Shown here: piece by piece, positions 48,342 through 62,406 of the stretch | Position numbering within the stretch: position 1 is the stretch's first letter | Layout: every line of letters begins with the position of its first letter | Assembly: GCA_027923505.1 (NCBI GenBank) | Contig: BROI01000014.1 | Coordinates: 744,001-808,000 of the forward strand | Origin: Mayamaea pseudoterrestris | Taxonomy: Eukaryota | Length of the DNA: 64,000 nt | Reading direction: 5' to 3' | The notes under the pieces: model-generated | Databases searched by the model: none | The model's input: the letters and a program-made list of their open reading frames with translations, nothing else | Told to the model about the DNA's origin: nothing | Program-made: the position numbers and the translations under genes

Positions 48342-49346
48342 ATGCCATCCGAAATTGCAAGAAAGGATGACTCTAAGGCAATAGAGCTTTTGAAGAAGCG
48401 GCTATCAGGCTTTGAAACGGAGGAGGGTCGGCTCAAGGGCTTCTCGTACCAACCGCGAGTGAATGACGTGATCATCACAACGACTCCCAAGGTAGGAATT
48501 TGAGCTTGAAACGTTAAGCGTTCGAGTCCTTGCATCAATCTCATTACATACGTGGCTATGCAGGCCGGGACTACTTGGATGCAGCAAATCTGCCACCAAC
48601 TCCGATCCGATGGTGACATGACATTTGACGAAATAAGCGAAGTCGTTCCATATATTGAGCTGGCCTTTGACCAAGGTCAAGATCTTGAATCGGCTCAGTT
48701 TGGACATGACGATGAACTGCCGCGCCTATTCAAGACGCATGTCTGGGAGCCACATTGTCCGAAGGCGCCCAAGACGATTGTTGTCCTGCGACATCCAAAC
48801 GATGTTTTAGTCAGCTTCTACCACTTCTTTGAAGACTGGTTCTTTGAGCCTGGGACTCTTAGTTTGGAATCATTTGCGGAGGAGTTTTGGCTGGCACGGG
48901 GAATCCCGCAGTGTCGAATGGAGAATGCATCATACTTTTACCATTTAACGTCATGGTACGCTCGCCGCGCCGACGAAACAGTCTTGTTTGTCTTTTACGA
49001 AGACTTGAAGGAAGACCTGGAAGAACAAGTCACTCGCATAGCTCGCTTCTTGTCGACGAGCCGTCACGATTTGTCTAAATCCGTGCCAAAATGTGTCGAG
49101 CTGTCTTCCTTTGAGGTTATGAAAGCAAACGAAGTAAAGTTCAACGAGAAGCTGTCCAAGCTGACAAGGAACGAGGCATGCGGACTCCCCAAAACCGCTG
49201 GCATGAGCAAGACCAAAATTCGTCGAGGCAATTGTGGTGTAGAGCTTTCGATTGAACTGCGAGCGCGTATCGATGCGAAATGGCACGACATTGTCAAACC
49301 AGTCACCGGGTGCGATGACTACAATCAATTGCGCGAGCAATTTTAA
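48342..49346 (+). CDS. Sulfotransferase (PAPS-dependent); 2 exons
   Basis: PK|AGTTW 5'-PSB loop across intron 48492-48563; KTH; LRHPNDVLVSFY; FYEDLKEDL. Confidence 0.9.
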
Positions 49347-50008
49347 TGTAATAGACGGAGTTAACATTCTATTATATGTTACTCCTAGAGTCCCTGTCGC
49401 TTCTTTTCCGCCAAGACTGTTTGGAGGCGCGCATTCTCCTTTCTGTTGTGCAGGCATTCGAAATAATCTTCGTGCTGATCCTTGCAACTTCTGATGAGTT
49501 CGCCATCCTTCTTTCCGGTGTAAATTTGCTTTCTAAAATTGGTCTGATTTAGCGGAATCAAAAGTCATTCAAAGTACCGTGAGTACATATGATGAAAATG
49601 TGAAAGAGGATTGTCGCTGTTTGCCAATCGCAAAATCTCAGTCGACGTACCTCACATGCCAAAAAATCCTGAAAGAATCCATAGCAGCGGCCAGTTGTGC
49701 CACTAACACTTAATCCACTCGACATGTTGTATCAATGAAATGTAAACGTATAGCGCTAGAGCAATTGTGCAGAACAGGCGTTCGAACTTATCGAACGTGA
49801 AGTCGTCGTCATCATGGTGAAGCGCGACGAAAGGACGACCTTAAACGTCGTACCGGTACATGGTACACTTTCGACCAGACTCGGGCTAGCCGGGACTTGC
49901 CCGTCGAGCGACGAAGCGATCGCCCAAACTTTTGAAACCGTCTGCCTTTGTTATACTTGTATCATAGTTCAATTGTCTCGCTTGTCGTTCCATCAACATT
50001 GCACCTAT

Positions 50009-50554
50009 ATGACAGCTAGCAAAAAGCGATCTATTTTGATGGAGGATGAAGAGAAGGCGCTGATGGCTGCTGATCACCCAACCGTGCTATCCGATCATCC
50101 CGACGAGGACGCTTTGGCTGTCGGCCTTGAAATTCTTGACATTGCAAGCTTGACAGGACTTGAACGTTGCAATACACCTCCAACTGACTTTAAGACTGTG
50201 AATTACCTCCCAGACTCTCCTATTAGTCGCTTTCGACGCGACAACGATCCTTCCCCAACGACAAGCTCATCGGAAGATGATGGCGAATGCTACGAGGAAA
50301 AGAAGACAGATACATGCCATGACGATTTATCGCTCGATGCGGTGCTAGCGAGAGAGATTCGTGCATCACGTCGTCGAGCCAACTCGTGTAGTAGCAGCAC
50401 TGGTGAAATGGCTGCAAGGGAAGATCGGGTCCAACACTTGGTTCAGAAGGCCCTCTGCAGTCCAAGAACTAATTCCTATGTGCGACCAGTCGGCAAGGAG
50501 TCTTGCTACAGTCCAGTTCAGAAACCCTGTGTATATATACCAATTGCGGCTGCT

Positions 50555-50585
<31 letters not shown>

Positions 50586-53500
50586 ATGATGATGACGCCA
50601 TCGACTCGGCTTATGCTTCGCTTGGTGAAGCCATGAAACCTCGTCATCGTCCACTCTCTGTTACAGAGCAGGGACGGAGAGCATCGACTTCTGATTTGTA
50701 TCCAAACAAGTTACAGCAGTTCAGCAAGGAGCCAAGAGTTGGTAGATTTGTTCGTCGTAGCTTTAATGAAGGCGATTTGAAACATGATTGGTCGAGTTTG
50801 CTTGATGAGGAATCTAGCAATTTGCATGGAATCAGAAGTGATGAGGATGACGCCGACGAGGAGGAGCAAGCTTTTGTCAAGAATGCTTCTTCCAATCAGA
50901 AACTACGTGATACGGAAGAGGAATTGGTACAAAGGCCTGCAGTGTTGCGCGTCGGTATTTCTGACCAGATCAAGCCTGAAACTTGTGGTGCTATCGACCA
51001 AGGTTTACGAATACCTGACCTGGACGACATTGTACGACACACGAGGAGTCCCGAGGCAATGGAAGTGGAGGAAGATGAAGAGCAGGCCCGAAAGACTGCT
51101 CGCTTTGCCGAGAGTGTGAGATATAGTTCGAACCAATTTACTAAAATAGAGCGATCGTACAGCAATGGAACCGAATTGAGCATGACAGAGTCGGAGGTTG
51201 GCTCGCTAGATGGGCTACCCTTGAAACTTCAGCAACGATGGATGCAAGAAGACTCGAGGCGAGAGAACATTATGCAAAATTTAGATGGTATTCCACGCAA
51301 GCAAATGACAAAAGGTGCGCAGCTTCATCTTCGTCCCAGTCGAAGTGACCTGTCAAGGGCGAGCTCAGTGACGGGAGAGAAGCGAAGGAATAAAAAGAAG
51401 CTGCGGGAAAATTCCTCGTCACTTTTTGAAGGCTGGTTCTCCAATTTGTTCGGCGGCATAAACGACATTCCTGAAGAAGATGAAGGGAAAGGCGACGACA
51501 GTGCTGATGGAGGTAATCAGCCTCGACCACGCGCAAGCCGATGGAGCGATGACGATACCTTTGCTATTTTAGGCTGCGCCAATATTATTCATACACAGCG
51601 CGATGAGACACGACCGCCCCCTATCATTCCCTCTTCGTTAATTCGGGTCGCTTGCCAGGTACCGCTAGCCATGTATACGGAAACGATTCATGCAGCAAAA
51701 GCCGATCCTCGGATGCAGTCCTGGGTGCATAATCACTTTTCCGTGCGTGATCGACCCGCTGAAGATGGAGCCTACCACCTTGGAAGGAGTCGAACGGTGA
51801 TCGTGCATGAAATTGCGAGAGGAAATTGGACATGGTGTACTGCTTGGTCACCAGACGGTAATTTACTAGCCGTTGCGACTGAGAACCATCACCTTGCTGT
51901 TATCGACACGACGAACTCGGCTGTTTGGCGGGTAAGGCATGATCGAAAATTATCTGGACCGGCGAGGAATGGCACTACTCACTCAATTCGCTCAATCGCT
52001 TGGGGCGAGCACTATATTGCTATTGGTGGAACAGGGAATGCTGTCAGCATTTTGGCGCCTCATGAGCCCTATGAAATCCTACATACAATTCCAGATACTG
52101 GCTTTGTCGGATCGCTATCATGGAAGCCTGAATCGACAGACTTGGCCATTGCTAGTAGAGCGGGAAGAGGACTTGTTGTGAGAATAAGGCGACCAGCTGA
52201 TGCGTTCAAGGAAGGGAAATGCATGGTTGAAAGTCAAATCCTTCATGAAATTCACCGGAAGGGGTGGGTGAACAGTATTGCCTTCAGCCCCGGCGGTCGA
52301 TGCTTAGCGGTGGGTGATGCCGGAGGGCATTTATTGGTTTACAACTACTACGATGACGGAAATGTTCCGCTCGAAGTCGCCTTAATTAAATCATTCGTGC
52401 TTGATGATTCCATCATCGCTGTTCAATGGTCTGCCGATGGCCAATGGTTGTATGCTGGTGGCGAAGACTTTCGAGTAACTGTTGTTGAAACGCGGCACTG
52501 GGAAATTGTTCACCGAGTAAAGCGCGACCGATGGGTACAGTGCATAGCATCTTCGCATAGTGGGACGCATGTCGCCGTTGGTGGTGTCTCGTCTGAAATT
52601 TCTCTTCTTGACGTTGAGAATGGTTGGGACTCTGTCATGGGGATTGAATTGAATGGGCTGGTGCCGCTGTCTGCGAGTTGGCACCCTAAAGATCAGTATC
52701 TCTCTCTCACTGGTCAAAGTAACAGCATATTGGTTGTCGAAACGACGAATGCGCGTCATGTGCTTGGGCATCATCTCCTTTCTGTATCAAAAATCTTAGC
52801 TACGGAGTTCTCTCCCGACGGCCGCACGGCTATCATAGGAAATGATTACGGGTTGGTTACATTCTTTTCACTATCGGGTTCAACATTTGAGACTGCATAC
52901 GAGCTTGTGGTTCTGATGAACGACCGCTTATCGATTCAATGGAGTTCGAATGGAGTTTATGTTGCGATTGCATCCCAAGCAGGGGTGATCATTGTTGGCA
53001 GAGCTTCCGCAGAACAGCACAATGCGAGTTCTGTTCCACCTAAGATATCAGGCTTCTCTGTTCGCAAAGTCATTCGGGAGATAAAGCATTTGAACGCTGT
53101 GTCGATTGATTTCGAAAGTCAATACGTTGCCGTAAGTGGAAATGGCACTTGGATCTTAGATGCGGCTGCGGACTTCGCTGTCGTTCGAGATTGGTCGAGC
53201 GGCACCATTCATGCCAATGCATGGTCTCCTGACGGACGATGGTTGGCCACTATTGGCCATGATAAAGTGCTGACCATATATGATACCAGCGATATGCGCG
53301 TTGACCGATGGCGAGCAGTTTTCTCGGTTGCTTGCGACGATATTGGTCGTGCACTTGCGTGGGGACCTCTGATAGTAGGCGGCTTACTCTATCTTGCGTA
53401 TGGTGGCGACGCCCAAAAAGTGACGTAAGTATAGAGTTGTCTGTCTGAAATTTCGATTCTCTATCCTCGCTAATCCATCACTTTTGTAGCATTATGGAAG

Positions 53501-53937
53501 TCCGCACGCAGGAAGGAACATGGGAGACTGTTCTTCGAATTCCGCGAGCTGCAACGATTAACGCCTTAGACTGGAGCACAGACGGACTGCTTGCTGCAGC
53601 CATCGGAAACGGGACCGTTTCTATCATAGATTTGGCGTATCTGCAACTGGGATGCCCTGTGAATGAAATGGATTACAGCTGGCAGCGCCAGGCTCTTACG
53701 TGCTTTACAGAGATACGACGCAACCGCGGACATAACTCAATGCGCACTGTGCGTTGGATCCCCTCTGCGCCAGGTTCTGATAGTCTCCTTGCCGTCGGTG
53801 GCACGGACGGAGAAATTGAAATCGTCGATTTGACTGAGAAAGGCAGATGTAGAGGATATACCCGCGACAGCGTGCTTCGGGACCACAGTAGTCGGCACAA
53901 GGACATGCACTTGCAGCACAGCAAAGGATATGTCTAA
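50009..53937 (+). CDS. Large WD40-repeat protein with long acidic low-complexity N-terminus; start approximate
   Basis: Many repeats such as AWSPDGNLLAV, AFSPGGRCLAV, WSADGQWL; intron 53425-53489; (GCT)n(GAT)n tract near 50548-50596. Confidence 0.82.
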
Positions 53938-54284
53938 GCATTGACATCCAATGCATGGGTAAATGCAGGTATTTAACAAACACTGACATTTTATCAGTCA
54001 TTTTCTTAGCCACACAACGTCCATTAGTTATCGAAGAATGTTCAAGCGTAGTTAGGTTAAACGGAGGCTATCAGCATATTGTAATAAGCGCATTCCTTGG
54101 AGACATTATGTTGTGGAACTATTGGTCATGCAAACCGCGCCGGAGCAATTCGGCGGGAGCATTTGGTTCACCTCATGACCTGTTCGCTTCGACCAAGCAA
54201 ATTTGCGATTTCACTTGCTCGATTTGTTCTTCGGGCGATCATTGCTCAGCTCGACTTACCCATCATCCATTTAATCACTGCATC

Positions 54285-55081
54285 ATGCCCAAGTCTAAGA
54301 GATCTCGTCCAGGTACGTGAACAACTCCGAGGTTGCATGCTTGCATGATTCGCCATGGTAGGTCATGGTGCTTTTTCTCACACAGTTTTATCGCTGCAAT
54401 GCTGATTTGCTTGGAACGATAGTCGCCTTGACACAGACGGAAAAGAAGGGCACTCGCGAGCACAAAACTCAATATATCCAGCAAGTCCGGGATGCCATTG
54501 ATGCACACAAGGGTCTCTACTTATTTCATTTCGAGAACATGCGCAGCAGCAAATTCAAGGACGTTCGCCTTTACTTTCGAGACGATGAGTCTCGTATCTT
54601 TTTGGGCAAGAATAAGTTGCTGCAGATTGCGTTGGGGCGTACGGAAGAGGAAGAGTACCAGGAGAATCTCCATCATGTCGGAAAGCGCATAAAGGGAGGA
54701 AGCGTTGGTTTGTTGCTGACTTCGTTGCCGCGGCAGCAGGTTGAGTCATACTTTGAGCAATGGGAAGAGCCGGATTTTGCTCGATCTGGCAGCGAGTCTC
54801 CGGAACAGGTGATGGTGACGAATGAGATGCTTGCTGCTTTCCCAGTGAGTATGATGGAGCAATTTCGTAAGCTGGGCATGCCTGTCGAGATCAAGAATGG
54901 CAAACTGTTGCTGACTGATCGCGAGGAATGGAGGCTCTGCAAACAAGGAGAGAATCTCAGTGCTGAGAAGTGCAAGTTGCTGGTTCATTTTGAAAAGAAA
55001 TTGTCAAAGTTTAAGGTCCAATTGGCGGCATATTGGTCGAAGGGAGCGTTTGAGCTGCTTGACGATGTTGCGATGGAATGA
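54285..55081 (+). CDS. MRT4: Ribosome assembly factor Mrt4 (uL10-like); 2 exons
   Basis: MPKSKRSRP|VALTQT, NMRSSKFKDVR, FLGKNKLLQIALGR, DFARSG; intron 54313-54422. Confidence 0.92.
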
Positions 55082-55656
55082 TGTTTGCTGCGACATCTTC
55101 CATTCAAGTATTTAGTCGCTTCTTAATGATAATATACTTGCTCTCTGGTAGCAGTGAATCATGTTGGTAATGCTGGTTGCTCTGGCGGGACCAGTGGGGC
55201 CCAATTTCCTAGCTCTAGCGTAGTACGTCGGACGTGCAGTAGCTACTTTGACTTTGACATTTAAAACCGGTGCGACTGCGACAAGCAACACAATGTTCCG
55301 TTTCTCGTCTGGGCGTCATCCGTGCAACCCGAAACCGCAACCACGTGTCGTGACCTCGGCTGGCAGTCAACGAGTAGACTACTCTTAACGACAGTGAGAA
55401 GAGCACCGGGCGCCGGCATACCCTGGCCTCTCTCCATGCTTGCCATTGATTGTCATAAAGCTCTTTGTACTTGCACTGCTATCGAGGAGTCGTTAAGGAA
55501 GTGAAAGATAAAGGAGATATAGCCTTGAAGAAAGAGGTCAGCTTGGTAGATTGCACCTCGCCTGCTGCCATTACTTGATTCGGCAGTGCTGCCTTCGCGC
55601 GTTTTGGACCATTTTCTCGCTTCCACAAAACAAAATTAAATTCTTTTGCTTTAACA

Positions 55657-58216
55657 ATGTCCGACCCTCCATCAGATGACAATACGAGACTACCGTCGAT
55701 GCCGTCTCGAATGAGTCTGACGAGCGATGAGGTGAACTATCTCATATTCAGGTATGCAACAGCTGTTTTCGGAAGGAGGGCGTACGAGAGGTGGCTGTTT
55801 GTTGATGTATTAGGGATCTCTCGTTATGCTTTCGTTCGCTATAATTTCGACTCCTACTGATTCGGACGTTTTTTGTTTATGTAGGTATCTGCAAGAGTCC
55901 GGATTTGTACATTCTGCATTTTCCTTCGCACATGAGAGCATGTTATCTCGCACCAGTCTTCGAGCAGTGGATAGGAGCTTGCCACCAGGAGCTCTGATAG
56001 CATTTTTACAAAAGGGTTTGCAGTATATTGGTATTGAGGAAACTTTGTTGCAGCAAGAGCAGCTGCAGGAAGAGAGGATATCGGCCGATACTGCTCTTTC
56101 GGAGCTTGCAGACTTTACCTTACTTTCTCCAGCGACTCTTTCGGCGTTGTCGCGACCCAATCCGCCGATACAGCTAAATGTATCACCTGCCGCTGCAGCA
56201 GCTGTCATACGAGCAAGGCTCGAAAATGAGATGATGCTGCAACCGAATTCACTCACTCTGGCGCAGCAGCAAGAAACGGCGAACTTTACACGTCAAGCGA
56301 TTGCGGCACAGGCAGCGGCCCAAATGGTTTCTTTACAGCAGCAATTATTATTAGGAAGCGCCCATCACAATCACAGTTATGATAATGGTCAAAGTTCGGG
56401 GCTTGGTGCGGATCAGCAGCAAAACTCATTGTCAGCGCAACAACAACGTGCGCTGGAAATTTTGTCGTTGCAACAGTCCTCACAGCTGCCTCAACAGCCG
56501 CTGGCGGAAGCAGCAAACTTGCAGCTAATAGGCGCAGCTGCGACGTCGCTCGCGAATAACCTGAATAATAAGCGTGCGACCTCAGGCGCCAAGCGAGGCC
56601 CAAAACGACAAAAGAAGACAAAGTCTGACCCTGGTGCCGATGGCAATAGTTCGTCGCTTGTACCTGCTCGACGCACAAGTTTAGAGAGCTCATCTGCAAG
56701 GAGTGAAGGTGAGGACGGAGAAGACGAAGTTGAAGATATTGGTGAAGAGAGCGAGGCATTGCAAAGAATAGAAGCTGCACCGCCCTTGTCGCCCCGGCAA
56801 GCGAACGATTCGACTGCTACGTTGTCAGTGCCAACAGCGATGGAAATCGACGATGACAACGATGAGCAGCAAGACGCCAACAAAAGTATGTCAACCAATT
56901 CTCGACACGGAGTTTTACAGCCATCGTTAAGTAGTAGTGGAATGCCAGGGCTTGTGAATGGAGAAAGCGAGAATTATCAGCAGCACAACCACCACAGTGT
57001 CGACAATACTGGCAACGGCAGTGTCGTTATTGAGGTCGATTCGCAAATTGGATCAGCTATGACTAGGTCAGGACCGTCTGAGGCTGATCCAGAGGATCAG
57101 GTGACTGCTGCGAATAATGATGAGATTCTTCTTTTGCAAATGCACGAATCGGAAGTGTTCATGTGCGCCTGGAACCCTGTTTTTACAAGCCTAATTGCCA
57201 CTGGAAGCGGTGACGCCTCTGCACGGATATGGGAAATGTCAGGAGGCAAGGCCAAAGCAGGTCTGAAAACCGTTAAATTACTTCCTCACGGCACCGATGC
57301 AAGCGACAAGAAGAACAAGGATGTGACGACATTGGAGTGGTCAATGAATGGAGAATACCTAGCGACTGGTAGCTATGATGGAATTGCTCGAGTCTGGTCG
57401 CGTAATGGCGCTCTCCTGCACACTCTGCGCAAGCATACTGGGCCTATCTTTTCATTGAAATGGAATAAAGCTGGTAACTATCTTCTGTCTGGTAGCTACG
57501 ACACGACGGCGATTGTTTGGGATGTGTCGGAAGAGAAGCAAGATCCTGTTATTCAGCAGTTTACTGATCACGAAGCACCAGCGCTTGATGTCGACTGGAG
57601 GGACAATGATACGTTTGCTACGTGCTCAACCGACAAGACTGTTCACATTCATCGAGTTGGTTCCTCGACGCCGTTAAAGATATACAGGGGACATAACGAC
57701 GAAGTCAATGCTGTCAAATGGGACCCGTCTGGCGTTTACTTGGCGAGCTGCTCGGATGATTGTACGGCGAAAGTGTGGGAGGTCAGCTCCGACCGAGCTG
57801 AACCTCTTTACGATTTCACCAGCCACCGACAAGAGATTTACACTGTTAAATGGAGTCCGACTGGGCCAGGCTCCACCAATCCAAGCAAGCGACCGTTACT
57901 GGCTACCGCATCTTTCGATGGGACGGTTCGATTGTGGAATATTTCGGACGGGTCATGCTTTGCAGTGTTCAGCCGACATCGAGACTCTGTGTACTCGGTA
58001 GCCTTTTCTCCCTCGGGCGATTACTTGTCAAGCGGTTCATTAGCTGGTCAAATGTACATTTGGGACATTGCAATTGGACAGCCAGTGAAGAGCTTCAAGG
58101 GCAAGGGTGACATTTTCGAAGTGGCATGGAACAAGGAAGAGACCCGCGTCGCTGCTTGCTTCTCGTCGAATGCCGTAGCAGTTATTGACTTTGATAAGTC
58201 ATTACTACCATCGTAA
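55657..58216 (+). CDS. TBL1: TBL1/Ebi/Sif2-like LisH plus WD40 corepressor subunit; 2 exons
   Basis: SLTSDEVNYLIFR|YLQESGFVHSAF LisH domain; HESEVFMCAWNP, KDVTTLEW, IFEVAWN; intron 55752-55884. Confidence 0.92.
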
Positions 58217-58442
58217 TCCTTTTGTTAACTTGTATACTCTGCCTTCTACTTGGAGTGACAATCAATAAAATTGGTAGCAGTTTTCCTCGGCGATGCTCAG
58301 TGAGAACCTTTGCGACACCAAGATTCTCGACTATTTCCTCATGGCCATGGAGGAAATGCTGCTCGCGTGATGGACCATATAGATCGAATAGATCGAAGGC
58401 TACCGGCAGTCTTTCATCACTCTATTACGAACGTCATTGATC

Positions 58443-59300
58443 ATGTCAACAACAAATACCGCAGTAACCTCGGTCGCCGACCCAGCAGTGCCAAGCGTAC
58501 CACTCACACCGCGGATGGAGAATGTCACCGTGTGTCTTCCTCTGATTCGTGGCAGCGTAGCTTTCTATCTAGGAAAGAAGGCAGATGAATTCCAAACTCA
58601 TCGATGGACATTGTACTTGCGGGGTCCTAACAATGAGGACTTGTCTCAAGTCATTTCCAAGGTTGTTTTTCAGTTGCATCCATCCTTCGCCGAGCCGACG
58701 AGAGAGCAAACAGCGCCTCCGTACGAAGTGACGGAAACGGGATGGGGAGAGTTTGAGGCGCAGATCAAAGTGCATTGGAAGGATCCATCAGAGAATCCAG
58801 TCATGGTGGGTTGTCTTGAAGATGTATAAAACATATAAAACAACGCATCTCGTCACACTCACATCATCATCCTTTCGCTTTCGATTCAGTTCTCTCACGC
58901 CATCAAGCTGTATCCTCCTGGAACAGTGGCTACCACAATTCCCGTTGAGACTGATACACCCGTCGTATGGGAATCGTACGATGAAGTCGTGTTCACCGAC
59001 CCGACGGAATCATTTTACAAACAACTCGAGCGACTAGCATCGCTCCCCTCGGTGGAATACTCGCAACAAGCTCACTTTCAGCAATTTAGTGATACAGAGG
59101 ATGCGCAAGCATTGCTGGAGGCTCAAAAGTTTCTGCAAAAGGAACTGGGAACAGTTAAGGAGCGACTTGGGCTACTCGACACTGATATGGGAGCAGTGGA
59201 GGAAGCGATGCGAGCCATCCACGAAAAGCGAGCCTCCAAGGCGCGCGCTGCTGCGACTGCGGCAAGTCCTAGTGCGGCGAGTAAGAAGCAAAAGACCTGA
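58443..59300 (+). CDS. YAF9: YEATS-domain protein (Yaf9/GAS41-like); 2 exons
   Basis: THRWTLYLRG, KVVFQLHPSF, PPYEVTETGWGEF, C-terminal coiled coil; intron 58806-58889. Confidence 0.9.
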
Positions 59301-59414
59301 TAACAACTGTTCACATTCTATATACATTCAAAGTATCGCTATTTACTCCGTCGCGACTCTCAACTGTTTGCGCTGTTCAGTCCTTGCGGTATACAGTACT
59401 ACAAGCGTGCTCAC

Positions 59415-59876
59415 TCAGCGATACCACGTTTGCTGCGCCAAGTATGCGTCCAATTTTGCTTCAAAGTTAGTCTCCTCCACGTTTGGTGTCTTGGGTCGAT
59501 AGAGGGGTGATCGCGTCACGTATGAAATGTATAAATCATTGTAAATGTAGTCGAGCGCCGCTCGAATGCTTGCGGCATGCGTCGTACTAGCCGCGTCTCC
59601 CGTCACGTACATGGCAAACCTCAAACCACTACTTGTTTCGTAGTTGTATAAGGTACTTGCGCCCGTCTTGACGGAATGCAAATCCTTGATTTGGTGATTG
59701 CCTTGTTGGGGTGTCAATGCTGCAGCAATTTCGCGAAGCGAATAGAGCATTCCAAAGACTAGCTTTCGTTGCTCCGAGAGTGTTTCGGCATCTTGAGGTT
59801 CCTTGACCTTGACATAGGTTTTAGTAAAGAGCGTTTTTCCCTTTCGGTCGAAGATATGGAGTGAATGGACTGGCAT
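59415..59876 (-). CDS. TRAPPC1: TRAPP complex subunit 1 (Bet5, sybindin family)
   Basis: LHIFDRKG, KLVFGMLYSLR, YETSSGLRF, LYISYVTRSPL. Confidence 0.88.
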   Translation of the reverse strand: MPVHSLHIFDRKGKTLFTKTYVKVKEPQDAETLSEQRKLVFGMLYSLREIAAALTPQQGNHQIKDLHSVKTGASTLYNYETSSGLRFAMYVTGDAASTTHAASIRAALDYIYNDLYISYVTRSPLYRPKTPNVEETNFEAKLDAYLAQQTWYR

Positions 59877-60228
59877 GTTGTTGTTGGTGATGCTCGTGTC
59901 GAATTCTGACAATGGAAGCGGCCGGAGAATCGGAAAACGACAATGCTGATACCAGACTAGCAAGATAGGTCTACAGCTAGCTTTTTACGATTATGGTGAT
60001 TTGGTACAAGTAGTTTTGGTGAGACGACGTAGTGAAAGTGGATGACAATGCCATGGGCCAACCTGTCGGCTGAGATCCAAAACGCGCGCGACGTCGCGGC
60101 GGGGCAGAATGTCGCACCACTAATGATCCTTCGCGGCAGCGTTTCGTCACAGCCACAAACCCAAACTTCTTCTTGCTTCCTATCCCATACTTGATCCCGC
60201 TATCTACATACACTTCCGTATACATACC

Positions 60229-62406
60229 ATGCCTGCTACAAGACGTTCGAAACGTAAAGCTCCTCAAGATGATGATGAAAATGAAGATCCGCCGACTAAA
60301 AAGGAAAAGCAGGAACTAGAAGACGATGACGAACTGACTCCAACTCCAACGAATGAACCAGGAACAACGCCCTTTGATGCTGCGGAGATTGATCCTACCG
60401 TTATTCTAGAATCCACCGAGGAAAAGGAGACTACGGAAGAGAAGGATGACCCGCCTGTGGAGGCTTCGTCGCCAGAAAATTCAACATCGGTGAATGCCAC
60501 TACCAACGAGGAGCATGCTGCTGCGACGAATCCCCAGACTTCTGAAAATCTCGAATCCAACAATGGACAAGAGGATGATCCTCCTACTCTACCATCCGAG
60601 GACACATCTGCTAGCGACAATGCTGGAAACGGAGACTCTGTTGGCTTTGTCATTGATCGCGCTGGAAGTGATCCTGTTGTAGCTGAAGCCGAGGATGTTT
60701 ACGCGGACCTTCCTTCCGCTCCTTTGGATGATGTCGCTGCTGACGATCCACCCTCTGATCCTACTACCGCCAGTGATCCGCCGAGCAGTGGCAGCAATGA
60801 TGACGCGCCGGCGCCTTCCATGGTAGAGCCGACGACAGTGCCAGTGGTGCAGCCGGCGCCAACAGAAGTGCATGCGCCAGCGGCTACAGCAGCAGCATCT
60901 ATCGGCCAAACTGCTTATAGTCAGCCTGCAGCTGCAGCCACGCAGCAGCAGCAAGCTCATCCGGTTGCGCATTCGGAGGAAATGGTGGAGGAAAAGATGG
61001 AAATCCCAGCGTCCGTGGTTGGAAAAGTGATTGGCAAGGGTGGGGAGCAGATTCGAGACTTGCAGGCCAGAAGTGGCGCACGCATTGACCTTGATCAATC
61101 GGCTCCTCCTGGCGTCAATGGTGGGAAGATTATCACCTACAAGGGAACGAAAAGTACCGTCGAGTATGCCAAGTATCTCGTGTCCATGCTGGCGCAGGAA
61201 GGTGTTACGGAGAATGACTTGCCGTTGGGACTCGCCAAGCGCGAGGTTCTCATTGTGCCTGGTCAATCTGTTGGCAAAATTATTGGGCAGCGTGGCATGT
61301 GCATTCGAGACCTTCAAGTCAAGTCGGAAGCCAAGATTCAGATTGATCATTCGGGGAATAGTGGAGTACCGGCGGATAAGAAACAGATTACGATTATTGG
61401 CACAGAACATGCCGTCGTCAAGGCAAAGGAATTGATCATGTTCATTGTATCAAATCCTATGATTGATGCCCTGCAGTCGATTGCTATGCTGATTGATGAA
61501 AAGGTGAGTGGTCGCTCAGTCTGGGGGTCTGGACCACCGTATCAGAGCATGCCAAGTGAGGGTTATAACATGACGTTGGAAATGTTGAATCCTTCAGCGG
61601 CTGGTGGTGCTCCTAGCGGCATGTACGGTGGAGGCTATGCTGCAGGTTATCAGCAGCCCGCGCCAGCTTTTTATGGGCAACAAGCTCAAGCGCCGTATCA
61701 CGTACCAGCGGCGGCTATGCCACCTGTTCAAGCATTCGCACCTGGTGGTGGCGGCGGCGCGGTGGAAGTTGATGTGATTTACGAGCCTAAACCATACATG
61801 GGTCGAGTTATTGGACAGAGAGGCGTCACGGTGAATGATTTGCAACGACGCTCGGGTTGTGATATTCAGATTAATCAACAGAATGCAACAGGACCAAACT
61901 GTGAGATCACTATTCGTGGTCCTAGAGCAGGCATTGAAGAGGCCAAGCGGATGATTCGGGAAATTATTGAAGTCGGTCCCGCCCATCCGTATGCTGGCGG
62001 CGCCGAAGCCGGTTATGGCAGTCAAGGCGGTGCTCCAGGTGGCGGTGGCGGATATTATCAGCAGCAGCAGGGTGGATACAGCCAGCCGTATGGGGCCCAG
62101 CAAGCTTACGCTGCCCAGGGATATGGCCAGCAGATGTCTGCCCAGCCACGTTATGGGCAGCAGCAAGCAGGATACGGACAACAAGCTGGTTACGGACAAC
62201 CTCAAGCGCCTGGGTACGGACAACCCCAGCCACAAGGCCAGCCGCAGTTTTATAGCGGCGCTCCGCCGCCCTATCAGGCACCGCCAGCACCTGTTGCTCC
62301 GGTACCATCGGCTTGGAAGGCGGCAGCGAGCGCGGATGGCCAAGTATACTACTACAATGAGCAGACAGGGGCGACTCAGTGGGAGAAGCCTCCTGGTTTC
62401 GCGTAA
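60229..62406 (+). CDS. RNA-binding protein with three KH domains and a C-terminal WW domain (FUBP-like)
   Basis: VGKVIGKGGEQI, VGKIIGQRGMCI, MGRVIGQRGVTV; WW domain WKAAASADGQVYYYNEQTGATQWEKP. Confidence 0.9.
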   Translation: MPATRRSKRKAPQDDDENEDPPTKKEKQELEDDDELTPTPTNEPGTTPFDAAEIDPTVILESTEEKETTEEKDDPPVEASSPENSTSVNATTNEEHAAATNPQTSENLESNNGQEDDPPTLPSEDTSASDNAGNGDSVGFVIDRAGSDPVVAEAEDVYADLPSAPLDDVAADDPPSDPTTASDPPSSGSNDDAPAPSMVEPTTVPVVQPAPTEVHAPAATAAASIGQTAYSQPAAAATQQQQAHPVAHSEEMVEEKMEIPASVVGKVIGKGGEQIRDLQARSGARIDLDQSAPPGVNGGKIITYKGTKSTVEYAKYLVSMLAQEGVTENDLPLGLAKREVLIVPGQSVGKIIGQRGMCIRDLQVKSEAKIQIDHSGNSGVPADKKQITIIGTEHAVVKAKELIMFIVSNPMIDALQSIAMLIDEKVSGRSVWGSGPPYQSMPSEGYNMTLEMLNPSAAGGAPSGMYGGGYAAGYQQPAPAFYGQQAQAPYHVPAAAMPPVQAFAPGGGGGAVEVDVIYEPKPYMGRVIGQRGVTVNDLQRRSGCDIQINQQNATGPNCEITIRGPRAGIEEAKRMIREIIEVGPAHPYAGGAEAGYGSQGGAPGGGGGYYQQQQGGYSQPYGAQQAYAAQGYGQQMSAQPRYGQQQAGYGQQAGYGQPQAPGYGQPQPQGQPQFYSGAPPPYQAPPAPVAPVPSAWKAAASADGQVYYYNEQTGATQWEKPPGFA